In this document: positions 8,611-17,012 of the stretch, piece after piece | Layout of the letters: each line of letters begins with the position of its first letter | How positions within the stretch are numbered: position 1 is the stretch's first letter | Virus record (IMG/VR): IMGVR_UViG_3300033067_002559 | Coordinates: 1 to 29,452 of that record | Strand: one strand, 5' to 3' | Length of the DNA stretch: 29,452 nucleotides | Origin: a virus | Lineage: Duplodnaviria > Caudoviricetes | Made by a program: the position numbers and the translations under genes | Notes under the pieces: generated by a model | What the model saw: the letters and a program-made list of their open reading frames with translations, nothing else | Told to the model about the DNA's origin: nothing | The model's database searches: none

Positions 8611-9753
8611 ATGCCGCGCCCGACCCTCAGCGTGATCGCCGCGTCTCGCGCCTCCGCCGGCGACCTGTTCACCTGGGACTGGAACAGCACCAGCACGCCC
8701 GCGGGGCTCACGCTCGCGCGCACGGGCACGGTCTACCAGATCAGCAACAGCGCCCAGACCGCGCTGCAGTCGTTCGGCGCGAACACCTGGGATTACGAGA
8801 TCGGTGGCACGGGCGCGGTGTTTGTCTACGTGCTGCCCGGGTACACGAACCTGCTGACCAGCCCGCACGCGTACTCGGGCGCGGACGGCAACTGGACGGC
8901 CTCCCTCGGCACCTACGCGAGCTTCACCGGCACGGGCCCGGACGGGAGCACGCTCTCGGGCAACCACCGCGCGACGCTGACCGCTGGTCAGACCGGCGCG
9001 TACTACAGCTACGGCAGCGACACGACGCTCGCGTTCAGCGCGTGGGCCCGGACGCCGAGCGGATCGAGCACGTGGTATCCCGCGCTCGAGCACAGCAGCA
9101 ACGGACTCCTCAACGTGCCCGGAGCGGTCGCGATCACGACCGCGTGGTCGCGCGGCGTGCTGCTCTCGGGCGCCGCGAAGTATGTGGTGCCCGCGGAGTC
9201 GAACGTCCCCACCGGCTCGCACGCGCAAGACGTCGTGCTCGACTTCCTGCAGGCGGTGCAGGGGCTCACGTTCGCGCCGCCGCACACGGACACGAGCGTG
9301 GGGATGAAGGTGCTGTCGCTCGCGGGCTCGAACGTCGTGTGCGGCACCGGCTACTTCGACGTGTCGATCACGGGCGTGATCTCGCTGGAGGACGAGAGCG
9401 CGGGCGCGAGCGATCGGTACGTGCTCTACCTCGACGCCAATAACCACCTGAAGATCCGCGCCAGCGACAATAAGTGGGTGCTCACGATCGGCGGCGCCGT
9501 CGTCATCAGCGCGTCGCTGGGCTACGGCGCGCAGGATCTCGGCGAGATCCGCGTGTGGTCGCGCGGCGACTCGTGCGGTTTCGAGTTTCCGTCCCTCGGC
9601 GACCCGGCGAACACCACCACGGCGCAGGCGCCGATCAGCGTCCCCGCGACCTCGTACCTGTTCAGCGACGGCAGCACGAGCGCCAGCGTCTGGCCCGTGA
9701 AGCTCTACGGCGCCGACGTGAGCGGCGCGCCGTGCGTCGCCCGCAACGTCTGA
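8611..9753 (+). CDS. Putative fibre/spike protein with carbohydrate-binding-like beta domains
   Basis: 380 aa, beta-rich, with a 'TLAR…YTNLL' motif; last gene of the structural run. Confidence 0.5.
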   Translation: MPRPTLSVIAASRASAGDLFTWDWNSTSTPAGLTLARTGTVYQISNSAQTALQSFGANTWDYEIGGTGAVFVYVLPGYTNLLTSPHAYSGADGNWTASLGTYASFTGTGPDGSTLSGNHRATLTAGQTGAYYSYGSDTTLAFSAWARTPSGSSTWYPALEHSSNGLLNVPGAVAITTAWSRGVLLSGAAKYVVPAESNVPTGSHAQDVVLDFLQAVQGLTFAPPHTDTSVGMKVLSLAGSNVVCGTGYFDVSITGVISLEDESAGASDRYVLYLDANNHLKIRASDNKWVLTIGGAVVISASLGYGAQDLGEIRVWSRGDSCGFEFPSLGDPANTTTAQAPISVPATSYLFSDGSTSASVWPVKLYGADVSGAPCVARNV

Positions 9754-9786
9754 CTGACCCGCGCGCCGCCGCGCCCCGGAGCCCCG

Positions 9787-10194
9787 ATGCCCGACGAGAC
9801 CCACGGACCCATGGACCGCGTCATCAAACGCCTCGACGAGATCGCCGACCGCACGACGCGGATGGAGAGCACCCTCACGGCCGCGCTGCAGAACCACGCG
9901 CGGCTCGAGTCCGCGTCCTCGACGCACGACGAGCGGCTCTCGGCGCTCGAGCACGCCCACGTCCGCGAGCTCGCGAGCCTCCGCGATGGATTCACGCGCG
10001 AGCTCGGCAGCGTCAAGGAGGCGGCCGTCACCGAGCGCGCCGCGCGCCAGGAGGCGCTCTCCGCGGCCGTCCGCGAGAACGCGGACATGCGCGCGACGCT
10101 GAAGCTGATCGTCTGGATCGGCGGCGCGCTCGGCGCGGTGCTCTCGAGCTCCGTCGCCGCGCTCGTGCTGCAGCGCCTCGGCGCCGGCCACTGA
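9787..10194 (+). CDS. Coiled-coil protein with C-terminal TM helix (holin/XhlA-like)
   Basis: Heptad-rich body followed by LIVWIGGALGAVLSSSVAALVL; first gene after the fibres. Confidence 0.55.
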   Translation: MPDETHGPMDRVIKRLDEIADRTTRMESTLTAALQNHARLESASSTHDERLSALEHAHVRELASLRDGFTRELGSVKEAAVTERAARQEALSAAVRENADMRATLKLIVWIGGALGAVLSSSVAALVLQRLGAGH

Positions 10195-10233
10195 CCACCC
10201 CGCGCCCCGCGGGGCGCACTGGAGACGACTCGC

Positions 10234-11082
10234 ATGCTCTTCGTTCACCGTCTGCTCGCGTGGATCGTGGCCCACCCGGAGACCACCGCCATCGCCGCGG
10301 TCACCTTCGGTCTGGTGCTCTGGAAGCGCCTGCCGCCCGCGCGGCGCGCCGCCATCGAGGCGCGCATGCCGCGCGCCGTGAACGCGGTCCGGGTGCTCTA
10401 CGCGCTCTTCCCCGACCTGGTGAAGGCCGCATACGCCGCCGCGGCCGTCGTCCGCACGCCGCAGCCCCCGAGCGACGGCGCCGGCCCGACCGCGCCGTAC
10501 CGCGCGCCGCCGGCGCCACCGACGTCACCACCCCCACCGACGGCCGCGCGCGTGGGGCTCGCCGCGATCGCGCTCGCGATGGCGCTCGTGGGTGGCGCGC
10601 TGGCCGCGAGCTGCTCCGGCTCGTGGGAGACGCGCGCCCACCGCGCCCTCGTGGCCACCGCGCACGCCGTGGCCGTCGCCGACGACACCGCCGCGCAGGC
10701 CTACCAGGCCGAGGCGCACGCGGCCCACGACCCCGCCGCGTTCGCGGCCGTCGACGCGCGCTACCGGCGCATCCAGGGCGCCGAGGAAGCGCTGAGCGCC
10801 ACGCTCGTGCGCGCCGAGGCGTTGCTCGACGCCGTGCACGACGCGGGCGCGGACGCGGGCACCGCCCGCTGCCTCGCGCTGCGCGCGCTGGTGCAGCTCG
10901 CGGCCGACGCGCGCGTGTTCGGCGGGGTGCTCACCGCCGCGGGCGTCCGGCTCAGCGCCGACCAGGCCGCGGTCGCGCACGGCGTCGCCGCGGTGATCGA
11001 CGAGATGGCGCCGCGGTGCGAAGGCGCGGACGCGGGGGCCGATGTGGTGACCACCGACGCGGGAGGGGACTCCGATGTTTGA
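10234..11082 (+). CDS. Membrane protein with internal lipoprotein signal (lysis-associated candidate)
   Basis: SD GGAG. N-terminal TM, Pro-rich linker, second hydrophobic helix ending LAASC, and a helical C-terminal domain with two more Cys. Confidence 0.65.
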   Translation: MLFVHRLLAWIVAHPETTAIAAVTFGLVLWKRLPPARRAAIEARMPRAVNAVRVLYALFPDLVKAAYAAAAVVRTPQPPSDGAGPTAPYRAPPAPPTSPPPPTAARVGLAAIALAMALVGGALAASCSGSWETRAHRALVATAHAVAVADDTAAQAYQAEAHAAHDPAAFAAVDARYRRIQGAEEALSATLVRAEALLDAVHDAGADAGTARCLALRALVQLAADARVFGGVLTAAGVRLSADQAAVAHGVAAVIDEMAPRCEGADAGADVVTTDAGGDSDV

Positions 11083-11314
11083 GACCATCGCCGCCGCGCT
11101 GCTCGTGGCGCTGGGCAAGGAGCTCGAGCCGCTCGTGGCGAAGGTCGTCGAGCGCATCCTCAACGGCGAGGATCCCATGACGGCGCTCGACGCCGAGCGC
11201 GTCGGGGAGATCCTGCCGCACCCGTCGAAGCTGGCCCTCGCGCGCGCGATCGAGCGCGCCCAGCGTGGGCTCCCACCGGAGGACGGCGCGCCCTCGGCGC
11301 CGAGCGACCGATGA
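11075..11314 (+). CDS. Small hypothetical protein with hydrophobic N-terminus
   Basis: SD GGGAGG, overlaps both neighbours, 79 aa. Confidence 0.65.
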   Translation: MFETIAAALLVALGKELEPLVAKVVERILNGEDPMTALDAERVGEILPHPSKLALARAIERAQRGLPPEDGAPSAPSDR

Positions 11315-11793
11315 AGCACCTGCTGGCCATCGTCGCGCTCGTGCTCGCGGGCTGCGTGCTCAATGCGTCGGCCGCGTCGCCGCCGCCCGCGCCGCCGGCA
11401 GCCGCTGCACACCGCCCGGATCCGCCGGGCACCTATCGGCCGTGGGTCGGCTGCCCTGGCGTGCTGCCCGGCGCGCCGCGCTGGCCGAACGCGGACGCGC
11501 GCTGCAACACGCCCGCGCGCCGCGCGTGTCCAATCATCATGCCGAGCGCGTTCTGGGATCGCGCGGAGCACGTGCTCACGTGGGCGATGTGGGCCAGCAG
11601 CGCGCACGATCGCGGTCGCCCGATCGACCCGGACGTCTGGCGCGAGCTGAGCGCCAACGTCGCGCGCCTCGACGACTGGTACGACACCGCGGCGATCTGC
11701 TGGGAGACGCTCCCGCCCGGCGAGCCGCTCCCGCGCGACTTCTACGGGCGCTTCGTTCTCACCGGCGATGCGCCCGACGGAGGATCCCCGTGA
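11311..11793 (+). CDS. Pro/Cys-rich predicted lipoprotein
   Basis: MKHLLAIVALVLAGC lipobox; ATGA overlap with the upstream gene. Confidence 0.65.
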   Translation: MKHLLAIVALVLAGCVLNASAASPPPAPPAAAAHRPDPPGTYRPWVGCPGVLPGAPRWPNADARCNTPARRACPIIMPSAFWDRAEHVLTWAMWASSAHDRGRPIDPDVWRELSANVARLDDWYDTAAICWETLPPGEPLPRDFYGRFVLTGDAPDGGSP

Positions 11794-12458
11794 CCGAGCT
11801 CGCGCCCACGACGGAGGGCGGGCTGATCTGGCTGCCCTTCCCAGCGTCCCAGCTCGGGTGCTGGGAGGATCCCGCGGGCGCCCACCAGGCGCGCCCGCAC
11901 ACGGCCGCGGAGGCGTTGCTGCGCAACCCCGACGCGCTCGCGGCCCTCGACGGACCGATGTTCGAGGTGACGGATCGCGCGCACCCGCGTTACCGGGACT
12001 ACGCGACCGGCAGGCTCGACTACCGGCTCTATGAGTCCGAGGGCATCGTCGACGACGACGGCGGCACGCGCACCGACGGGCGCGGGATCACGCTGAGCGT
12101 GGTCGGAGGCGTCGCCCAGGTCCTCGACGGGGACTGCGTGGCGCTGCACGCGCGCGCCGCGGTGCAGCTCTACCCGACGCTGATCCGCCACAAGGCCGTC
12201 GTCGCCGGCGAGCGCGTGAACCGCGACGCGGTCTGGCGCGCGGGTGTCGCGGTGCTCGGCGACGGGTCGCTGGCGTTCGCCGTGATGCGCGCGTCCATGC
12301 ACGCGTTCGCGCAGGCGCTGCTGGCGAAGGGCGCCGTCGACGCGGGCTACACCGACGGCGGCGGCAGCGCGCGGCTGCAGCTCGCGAGCGGCCGCTGGTG
12401 GGGATCGTCCGAGAACCGCCGGGTGCTGTCCTGGCTGCTGGTCCGAAAGGCGGCGTGA
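11790..12458 (+). CDS. Phosphodiester glycosidase (NAGPA/DUF2233)-like protein
   Basis: GTG at 11790 (GTGA overlap). Motifs 'ALDGPMF', 'VQLYPTLI', 'RAGVAV', 'GAVDAGYTDGGGS', 'RRVLSWL' parallel the family's NGG.F, Q.GP.L, R.A.G, A.NLDGGGS and R.V motifs. Confidence 0.7.
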   Translation: MTELAPTTEGGLIWLPFPASQLGCWEDPAGAHQARPHTAAEALLRNPDALAALDGPMFEVTDRAHPRYRDYATGRLDYRLYESEGIVDDDGGTRTDGRGITLSVVGGVAQVLDGDCVALHARAAVQLYPTLIRHKAVVAGERVNRDAVWRAGVAVLGDGSLAFAVMRASMHAFAQALLAKGAVDAGYTDGGGSARLQLASGRWWGSSENRRVLSWLLVRKAA

Positions 12459-12459
12459 C

Positions 12460-13362
12460 GTGGGCTACTCCGAGAGCGACCTTCCCTCGCGCTACGCGCG
12501 CGACTGGCTGACGCGCGCGCGGGCGCGCCTCGCCGACCAGGCGCCCGCGATGCGCGCGCTCCAGGCGCAGGGCCTGCTGGCCGGCGTGCCCGTCGAGATC
12601 CTGTGCGCGTTCATCGCGCCCGGCTCGGCGCGCAGCAACACGACCGACGCGACGACGGGCAAGGGCCTCGAGGTCGCGTTCCACGAGGTCGGCTACTACC
12701 AGGTCCCCGCGGGCCCGGCCGACCGCGACCCCGCGACGAAGCGCCCGCGCGCGCCGGCGCCGAACCCGAACCCCGCCGCGCCGAACAACGCGTGGGGGCG
12801 CCTCGCGCGCGATCCCGACGTGGTGCGCGCGCTCGGCCACCCCGCGACGATGGCGCCCGACGGCTGGAAGGCCGACCTCGCGGCGCAGCACGCGGTCGGC
12901 TTCGCGATGCTCCGCGACGACTACCGCGCGGCCGTGCGCAACCTGCCCGCGGAGATCGCGCCGAGCGGCTGGAACACGCCGTGGGGCGTCGCCGTGATGT
13001 TCACCGCGTTCAGCGCGGGGCCCGGCGGCGCGGTCGCGCTCTTCAAGCGCTACGCCGCCCGGCTCGCGACGGTCGGCGAGGCCTTCCGCTTCGGCGCCCT
13101 GATCAACGCCGTGTGCGCCGACCTGCAGGGCGGCTGGAAGCCCGGCGGCACGCCCGACCACCACAACAACCCGGTGCACCGGGTGCTGCGCACCTGGCAG
13201 AAGTTCGAGCTCGCGCGCGCGATCGCCACGCCCGACGCCGCGGTGTTCTTCGACCCGCACCTCGACGACGCGCAGCTCGCGCACGAGCGCCTCGTGCTGC
13301 GCGGCAACTGGAACCTCGCCCCCGGGCCGGAGCGCGTCGCCGCGCTCGCGTGGCCGGGCTGA
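12460..13362 (+). CDS. Candidate endolysin (divergent lysozyme-like fold)
   Basis: 300-aa soluble helical protein in the lysis position. 'FHEVGYYQ' recalls the G-x-x-Q motif of lysozyme-like enzymes. The function is inferred. Confidence 0.4.
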   Translation: MGYSESDLPSRYARDWLTRARARLADQAPAMRALQAQGLLAGVPVEILCAFIAPGSARSNTTDATTGKGLEVAFHEVGYYQVPAGPADRDPATKRPRAPAPNPNPAAPNNAWGRLARDPDVVRALGHPATMAPDGWKADLAAQHAVGFAMLRDDYRAAVRNLPAEIAPSGWNTPWGVAVMFTAFSAGPGGAVALFKRYAARLATVGEAFRFGALINAVCADLQGGWKPGGTPDHHNNPVHRVLRTWQKFELARAIATPDAAVFFDPHLDDAQLAHERLVLRGNWNLAPGPERVAALAWPG

Positions 13363-13375
13363 TGGAGCGCGCGCC

Positions 13376-14308
13376 ATGCTGAGTCGACTGCTGCTCTTCG
13401 TCCTCGCGCTGGCCATCGCCGCGTGTCGTCCGGCACCCGCGCCGACGACGCCGGCGCCGATCCCGAGCTACAGCCCCGCCCGCCACGTCGAGGGCGCGTG
13501 GATCCGGACGCTCGCCCCCGACGGCGCGCCGTCCGAGCTGCGCGAGGGGCTCGACTGCGGGGCGCTCACGCCGGGGGCGTGGCAGCCGTGCGACACCGCC
13601 GACGGCCACGGCCTGACGTGCCACCCGGTCGCCGAGTGCCGCGGCGAGCCCACGAGCACGACGCGCTGGACGCAGCCCGGGACGCATCCCTCAGCCGACC
13701 TGGTCGCCAGCTTCACGAGCTGGATGGCCAACGCCTGCCACGCGCGCGTGTTCGACAAGCGCAGCGCCGCGGAGATGCGCGTCGCGGCCGTGGTGCTCCA
13801 GGTCCTCGGCATCCAGCAGCCCGAGTACTTCCTGTCCAACAGCGCGACCACGCTGCCCCTGCCCGGGCCGAACGGCGCCGTTGCCAGCATCTATCTGCCG
13901 TACACGCCCGGCGTCGAGACGGACGCGTGGCCGCTCGACGTGCAGATGGGGGCGATCGTCCACGAGTGCGAGCACGCGCTGCAGTACGTGCGGGAGGGCG
14001 CGCCCGGTATGGCGTGGCGGTACATCACCGTCCCACGCGCGCTCGTCGAGTACGAGGTCGAGGCCCGCGCGGCGCAGCGCTGCTACCTCACGTGGCGCGG
14101 CGCGCTGGGCTACCCCGCCGACTTCCTCGCGGACTCGCTCGGCGAGTACGGCGTGGGCGTGCGGTGGGTCGCGTACGCGCGCGAGGTCTCCGTGACGCTC
14201 GCCGTGCCGATCGAGCGCGGCGCGCCCGTCACCGCGAGCTGGCGCCTCGCGCTTCCCTGGCTCGACGCGCACGCCCCCGAGCTGCGCGGCGTGATGGTCG
14301 CACCGTGA
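13376..14308 (+). CDS. Lipoprotein zinc metalloprotease (HEXXH…E)
   Basis: MLSRLLLFVLALAIAAC lipobox, a 4-Cys N-terminal domain, 'IVHECEHALQY', and a downstream 'EYEVEA'. Confidence 0.7.
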   Translation: MLSRLLLFVLALAIAACRPAPAPTTPAPIPSYSPARHVEGAWIRTLAPDGAPSELREGLDCGALTPGAWQPCDTADGHGLTCHPVAECRGEPTSTTRWTQPGTHPSADLVASFTSWMANACHARVFDKRSAAEMRVAAVVLQVLGIQQPEYFLSNSATTLPLPGPNGAVASIYLPYTPGVETDAWPLDVQMGAIVHECEHALQYVREGAPGMAWRYITVPRALVEYEVEARAAQRCYLTWRGALGYPADFLADSLGEYGVGVRWVAYAREVSVTLAVPIERGAPVTASWRLALPWLDAHAPELRGVMVAP

Positions 14309-14445
14309 TCCGCCGCGCGCTCTTCGCCCTCGGGGCCGCCGTCGTGCTGCTCACCGGGCCCGGGCGGCTGCTCTGGCAGCTCGCGCGCGAGCGCGACCGG
14401 GAGACCGAGCGCCGACGGGCGGAACGTGAATCCGCGGGCCACTGA
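14305..14445 (+). CDS. Small membrane-anchored protein (46 aa)
   Basis: GTGA overlap; hydrophobic N-terminus and charged C-terminus. Confidence 0.45.
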   Translation: MIRRALFALGAAVVLLTGPGRLLWQLARERDRETERRRAERESAGH

Positions 14446-14496
14446 CGATTTCACTGCCGGCTCTCGCGAGCTGGCGCGATTGGAGAGCACAGACCC

Positions 14497-14772
14497 ATGA
14501 AGATCACCGCAGTGTTCAAGGTCCACAGCAAGGCGCCCGACCAGTGCGGCGGCGAGCAGGTGCAGATGCACCCGCCCTACGCCATGCCGATGAAGCCGGG
14601 CGAGACGAAGAGCCCCGAGGACACCTCGGGCGAGGGCTGGAAGCGCGTCAACGACTGGTCGAAGTACACCCCCTCGGGGTCGATCTCGATGCAGATCACC
14701 AACCCGGCCGCGGCCGAGGCCTTCGAGCAGGGCAAGACGTACCTCGTGACGTTCGAGCCCTACGAAGAGTAG
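14497..14772 (+). CDS. Small conserved phage protein of unknown function
   Basis: 'WSKYTPSGSISMQITNPAAAEAFEQGKTYLVTF' is a recurrent phage motif. SD GGAG, strong codon bias. Confidence 0.8.
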   Translation: MKITAVFKVHSKAPDQCGGEQVQMHPPYAMPMKPGETKSPEDTSGEGWKRVNDWSKYTPSGSISMQITNPAAAEAFEQGKTYLVTFEPYEE

Positions 14773-14817
14773 CGTACGACCCTCCGCGACCCCCATCCTC
14801 GCACTGCCCTGGTGCAG

Positions 14818-14839
14818 CCGCCCGCGTCCTGCGGGGCGG
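14818..14839. terminator. GC hairpin between convergent late and early blocks
   Basis: ccgcccgcg-tcc-tgcggggcgg; no clear U-tract. Confidence 0.3.
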
Positions 14840-14856
14840 AGCAATCCCCTCATTGA

Positions 14857-15252
14857 TCACACGTCGTCGACCGCGTGCTCCCACGGGTCCTCGAGCGCTT
14901 GCGCCTCGCGCTCGCGGTAGACGCGCTCCCAGTACGCGTCGTCGCTGCCGGCGTCGACGGCCGCCCCCGCGAGCCGCGCCCGCAGCGTGTACCACAGGCG
15001 CTCGAGCTCGGCTTCGAGCTCGGTCGCGTCGCCCGCGCCGAGCTTGAACGCACCCGCGGGCGAGCGGATCTCCAGGCGCAGCGCCGCCTCGGCGGCGTCG
15101 CGCAGGGTTGCGAGCCGCGCCCGGTCGGCCTCGGTCTCACGAGGCAGCGCCCAGGCGATGGGGCGGAGAGCAGTCGCGGTCTCCGCGTCGGCACCCGCGA
15201 TCAGGGCCGCGCCCTCGATCGCCAGACGCACGGCTAGCGCCACGGCGTCCAT
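14857..15252 (-). CDS. Hypothetical acidic helical protein
   Basis: MDAVALAVRL…, TGATG-coupled to the upstream gene. Confidence 0.65.
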   Translation of the reverse strand: MDAVALAVRLAIEGAALIAGADAETATALRPIAWALPRETEADRARLATLRDAAEAALRLEIRSPAGAFKLGAGDATELEAELERLWYTLRARLAGAAVDAGSDDAYWERVYREREAQALEDPWEHAVDDV

Positions 15253-15950
15253 CACTCGCCCTCCGCGCCAGCGTCCGCGTACCCCGCGACGCCCCGCGTC
15301 GCGAGCCACGCCCGCGCGCTCGCTGCGGTGATCCAGCCGCGGTCGGCCGAGCGCGCGCCCTTCGCCGTCCGCACGCGCTTGAGCGCGCCCGCGGTGATCT
15401 CCTGGCGCACGCGGCCGTCGCTCACGCCCGCGAGGTCCGCGAGCCAGCGCTGCGCGACCGGCGACCCGCCTGCCAGTTGCACCCGCGTCCAGACTGCGCG
15501 CAGCGCGACGCCGAGGTCGCCCCGCGCGTCGTCGAGCGGCAGCGCGGCGCTCAGCGGCCGGAGCAGCCCGCAGACCTCGGTGACGGCCTCGCCGGCCATC
15601 GTTGCGTCCGCGCCCCAGTCCCACGCCCGCCCGCGCTGCGCGAACACGACGAGCGCCTGCAGCGTCAGCCCGAGCTCGCTCCCGTCGACGAGCCGCTCCG
15701 CGTCGCTCTCGTCGAACCGCGTAGCCTGCACGCCGCGGCCGAACGCGCGGAGCGCGAGCGCCTCGGCGGCTTTGCTGCCGTCGAGCAGCGTCGCCCATTC
15801 GAGCTTCGTCTCGCGGAGCGCCTGGAGTGCGCCGTCGTGGTCCGGCACCGCCGCGGGCGCGAGCTTCTGCTCGACGTGGATGCGGTGGCGCAGCAGCGCC
15901 GCGAGGGTGTCGCGCGCGACGGCGCGGGGGTCGATCGCGGCGAGGCTCAC
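15252..15950 (-). CDS. Regulator with C-terminal HTH
   Basis: GTG at 15950 (GTGA overlap). 'QRWLADLAGVSDGRVRQEITAGAL…ITAASARAWL' fits a winged HTH. Confidence 0.65.
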   Translation of the reverse strand: MSLAAIDPRAVARDTLAALLRHRIHVEQKLAPAAVPDHDGALQALRETKLEWATLLDGSKAAEALALRAFGRGVQATRFDESDAERLVDGSELGLTLQALVVFAQRGRAWDWGADATMAGEAVTEVCGLLRPLSAALPLDDARGDLGVALRAVWTRVQLAGGSPVAQRWLADLAGVSDGRVRQEITAGALKRVRTAKGARSADRGWITAASARAWLATRGVAGYADAGAEGE

Positions 15951-16405
15951 GCGGCCACCATGAACCCGAGCACGTCGGTGCGGATCACCGAGCGCGCGAA
16001 GGCGTCGCCCGTCGCCCACGCCGCGAGCCGGCGCTTGCGCTCGGCCCACGACAGCGCGAGGCGCGCGATCGCCACGCACTCCGCCGGCGCGTACACGCGG
16101 CCGTAGGCGTAGCCGTAGCTCGTGACCGTGTTGAGGTGCACGACCTCGACGCCCGCCAGGCGCAGCGCGCGGCACGCGTCGGTGCAGGGCACGAGCCCGC
16201 GCGCCGCGGCGTGCTCGTGCGCGAGCTGCTCCACGAGATCCGCGGGCGCCGCCTTCGGCAGTCGCTCGCCCCAGCTGCCGCCGTTGCGCTTCTGCGCCGC
16301 GCGCGACACCACGCGCTCGGCCGCGGCCTCGTACTGCGCCGCCGTGTACGGCCCGTGCCAGCCCGTCCGCACCGCCGCCTCGCACCCGTTCAGCTCGATC
16401 GCCAT
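15947..16405 (-). CDS. Hypothetical protein
   Basis: ATG at 16405 with SD GGAGG; 152 aa. Confidence 0.65.
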   Translation of the reverse strand: MAIELNGCEAAVRTGWHGPYTAAQYEAAAERVVSRAAQKRNGGSWGERLPKAAPADLVEQLAHEHAAARGLVPCTDACRALRLAGVEVVHLNTVTSYGYAYGRVYAPAECVAIARLALSWAERKRRLAAWATGDAFARSVIRTDVLGFMVAA

Positions 16406-16446
16406 CGTCACACCCTCCGCGCCGGGCACCGTGCCCGACACGACAG

Positions 16447-16518
16447 ACGATAGCCACGGCGCTAGCTAGCGCAAGCGCTAGCAGCTCTCGACAGCGCTAG
16501 CTTTAGCGCTAGCTAGCG
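16447..16518 (-). promoter_or_regulatory. Sigma70-like promoter overlaid by a GCGCTAGC operator array
   Basis: TTGCGC (16474-16469), 16-nt spacer, TATCGT (16452-16447). Palindrome gcgctagctagcgc at 16459-16472. GCGCTAGC at 16459, 16475, 16494 and 16506. Confidence 0.6.
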
Positions 16519-16555
16519 GGATCACGGGGGATTCGCGCGGTCGATTTTCTCGGCG

Positions 16556-16678
16556 CTATCCATTCGCCACCACCGCGAAGCGCAGCGCTCGGGCGACGTG
16601 TACCCACGCGACCAGCCGCGCGGTGCTCTCGCCGCGGCGCACGACCAGGTGCACGGCGCCGAGCTGCAGCGTGATCAC
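16556..16678 (-). CDS. Small hypothetical protein (40 aa)
   Basis: GTGA overlap with the upstream ORF. Confidence 0.4.
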   Translation of the reverse strand: MITLQLGAVHLVVRRGESTARLVAWVHVARALRFAVVANG

Positions 16679-16896
16679 GCCGCGCACTCCGCGTTCGCAG
16701 GCGCCAGGGGACCGGCATCGGGCGTGACGATCACGTGCCCCTTGCGCCCGCAGTAGGCGACCGCTTCGACCGCTGCGAGCGCGGCACCGGCGACGCCCAC
16801 GCCAGCGCACGCGTGGAGTACTCGGCCGCTCCGCAGGCTCTGCACCGCCACCACTGTTTCCCGCCCCCGCATCACCTCGACGATCCGCACCCGCAT
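16675..16896 (-). CDS. Small hypothetical protein
   Basis: ATG at 16896 with SD GGAGGT. Confidence 0.6.
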   Translation of the reverse strand: MRVRIVEVMRGRETVVAVQSLRSGRVLHACAGVGVAGAALAAVEAVAYCGRKGHVIVTPDAGPLAPANAECAA

Positions 16897-17012
16897 GCGC
16901 ACCTCCGTGAGCGCACGATGCGCAGCGGAAGAATCCGGCGTCGAGTGATCGACAGAGAGGAGCGGACGTAGTCCGGCAGTTGGCTGGGACGCGGGTCAAG
17001 AGCTCCGGGCGG

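Noticed and set aside
5927-9753. DGR target or invertible tail-fibre switch
   Set aside because: No reverse transcriptase, invertase, TR/VR pair or flanking inverted repeats were seen in this window.
1-9753. Tailocin, eCIS or T6SS rather than phage
   Set aside because: Linkage to int/attP, xis and recombination genes favours a temperate phage.
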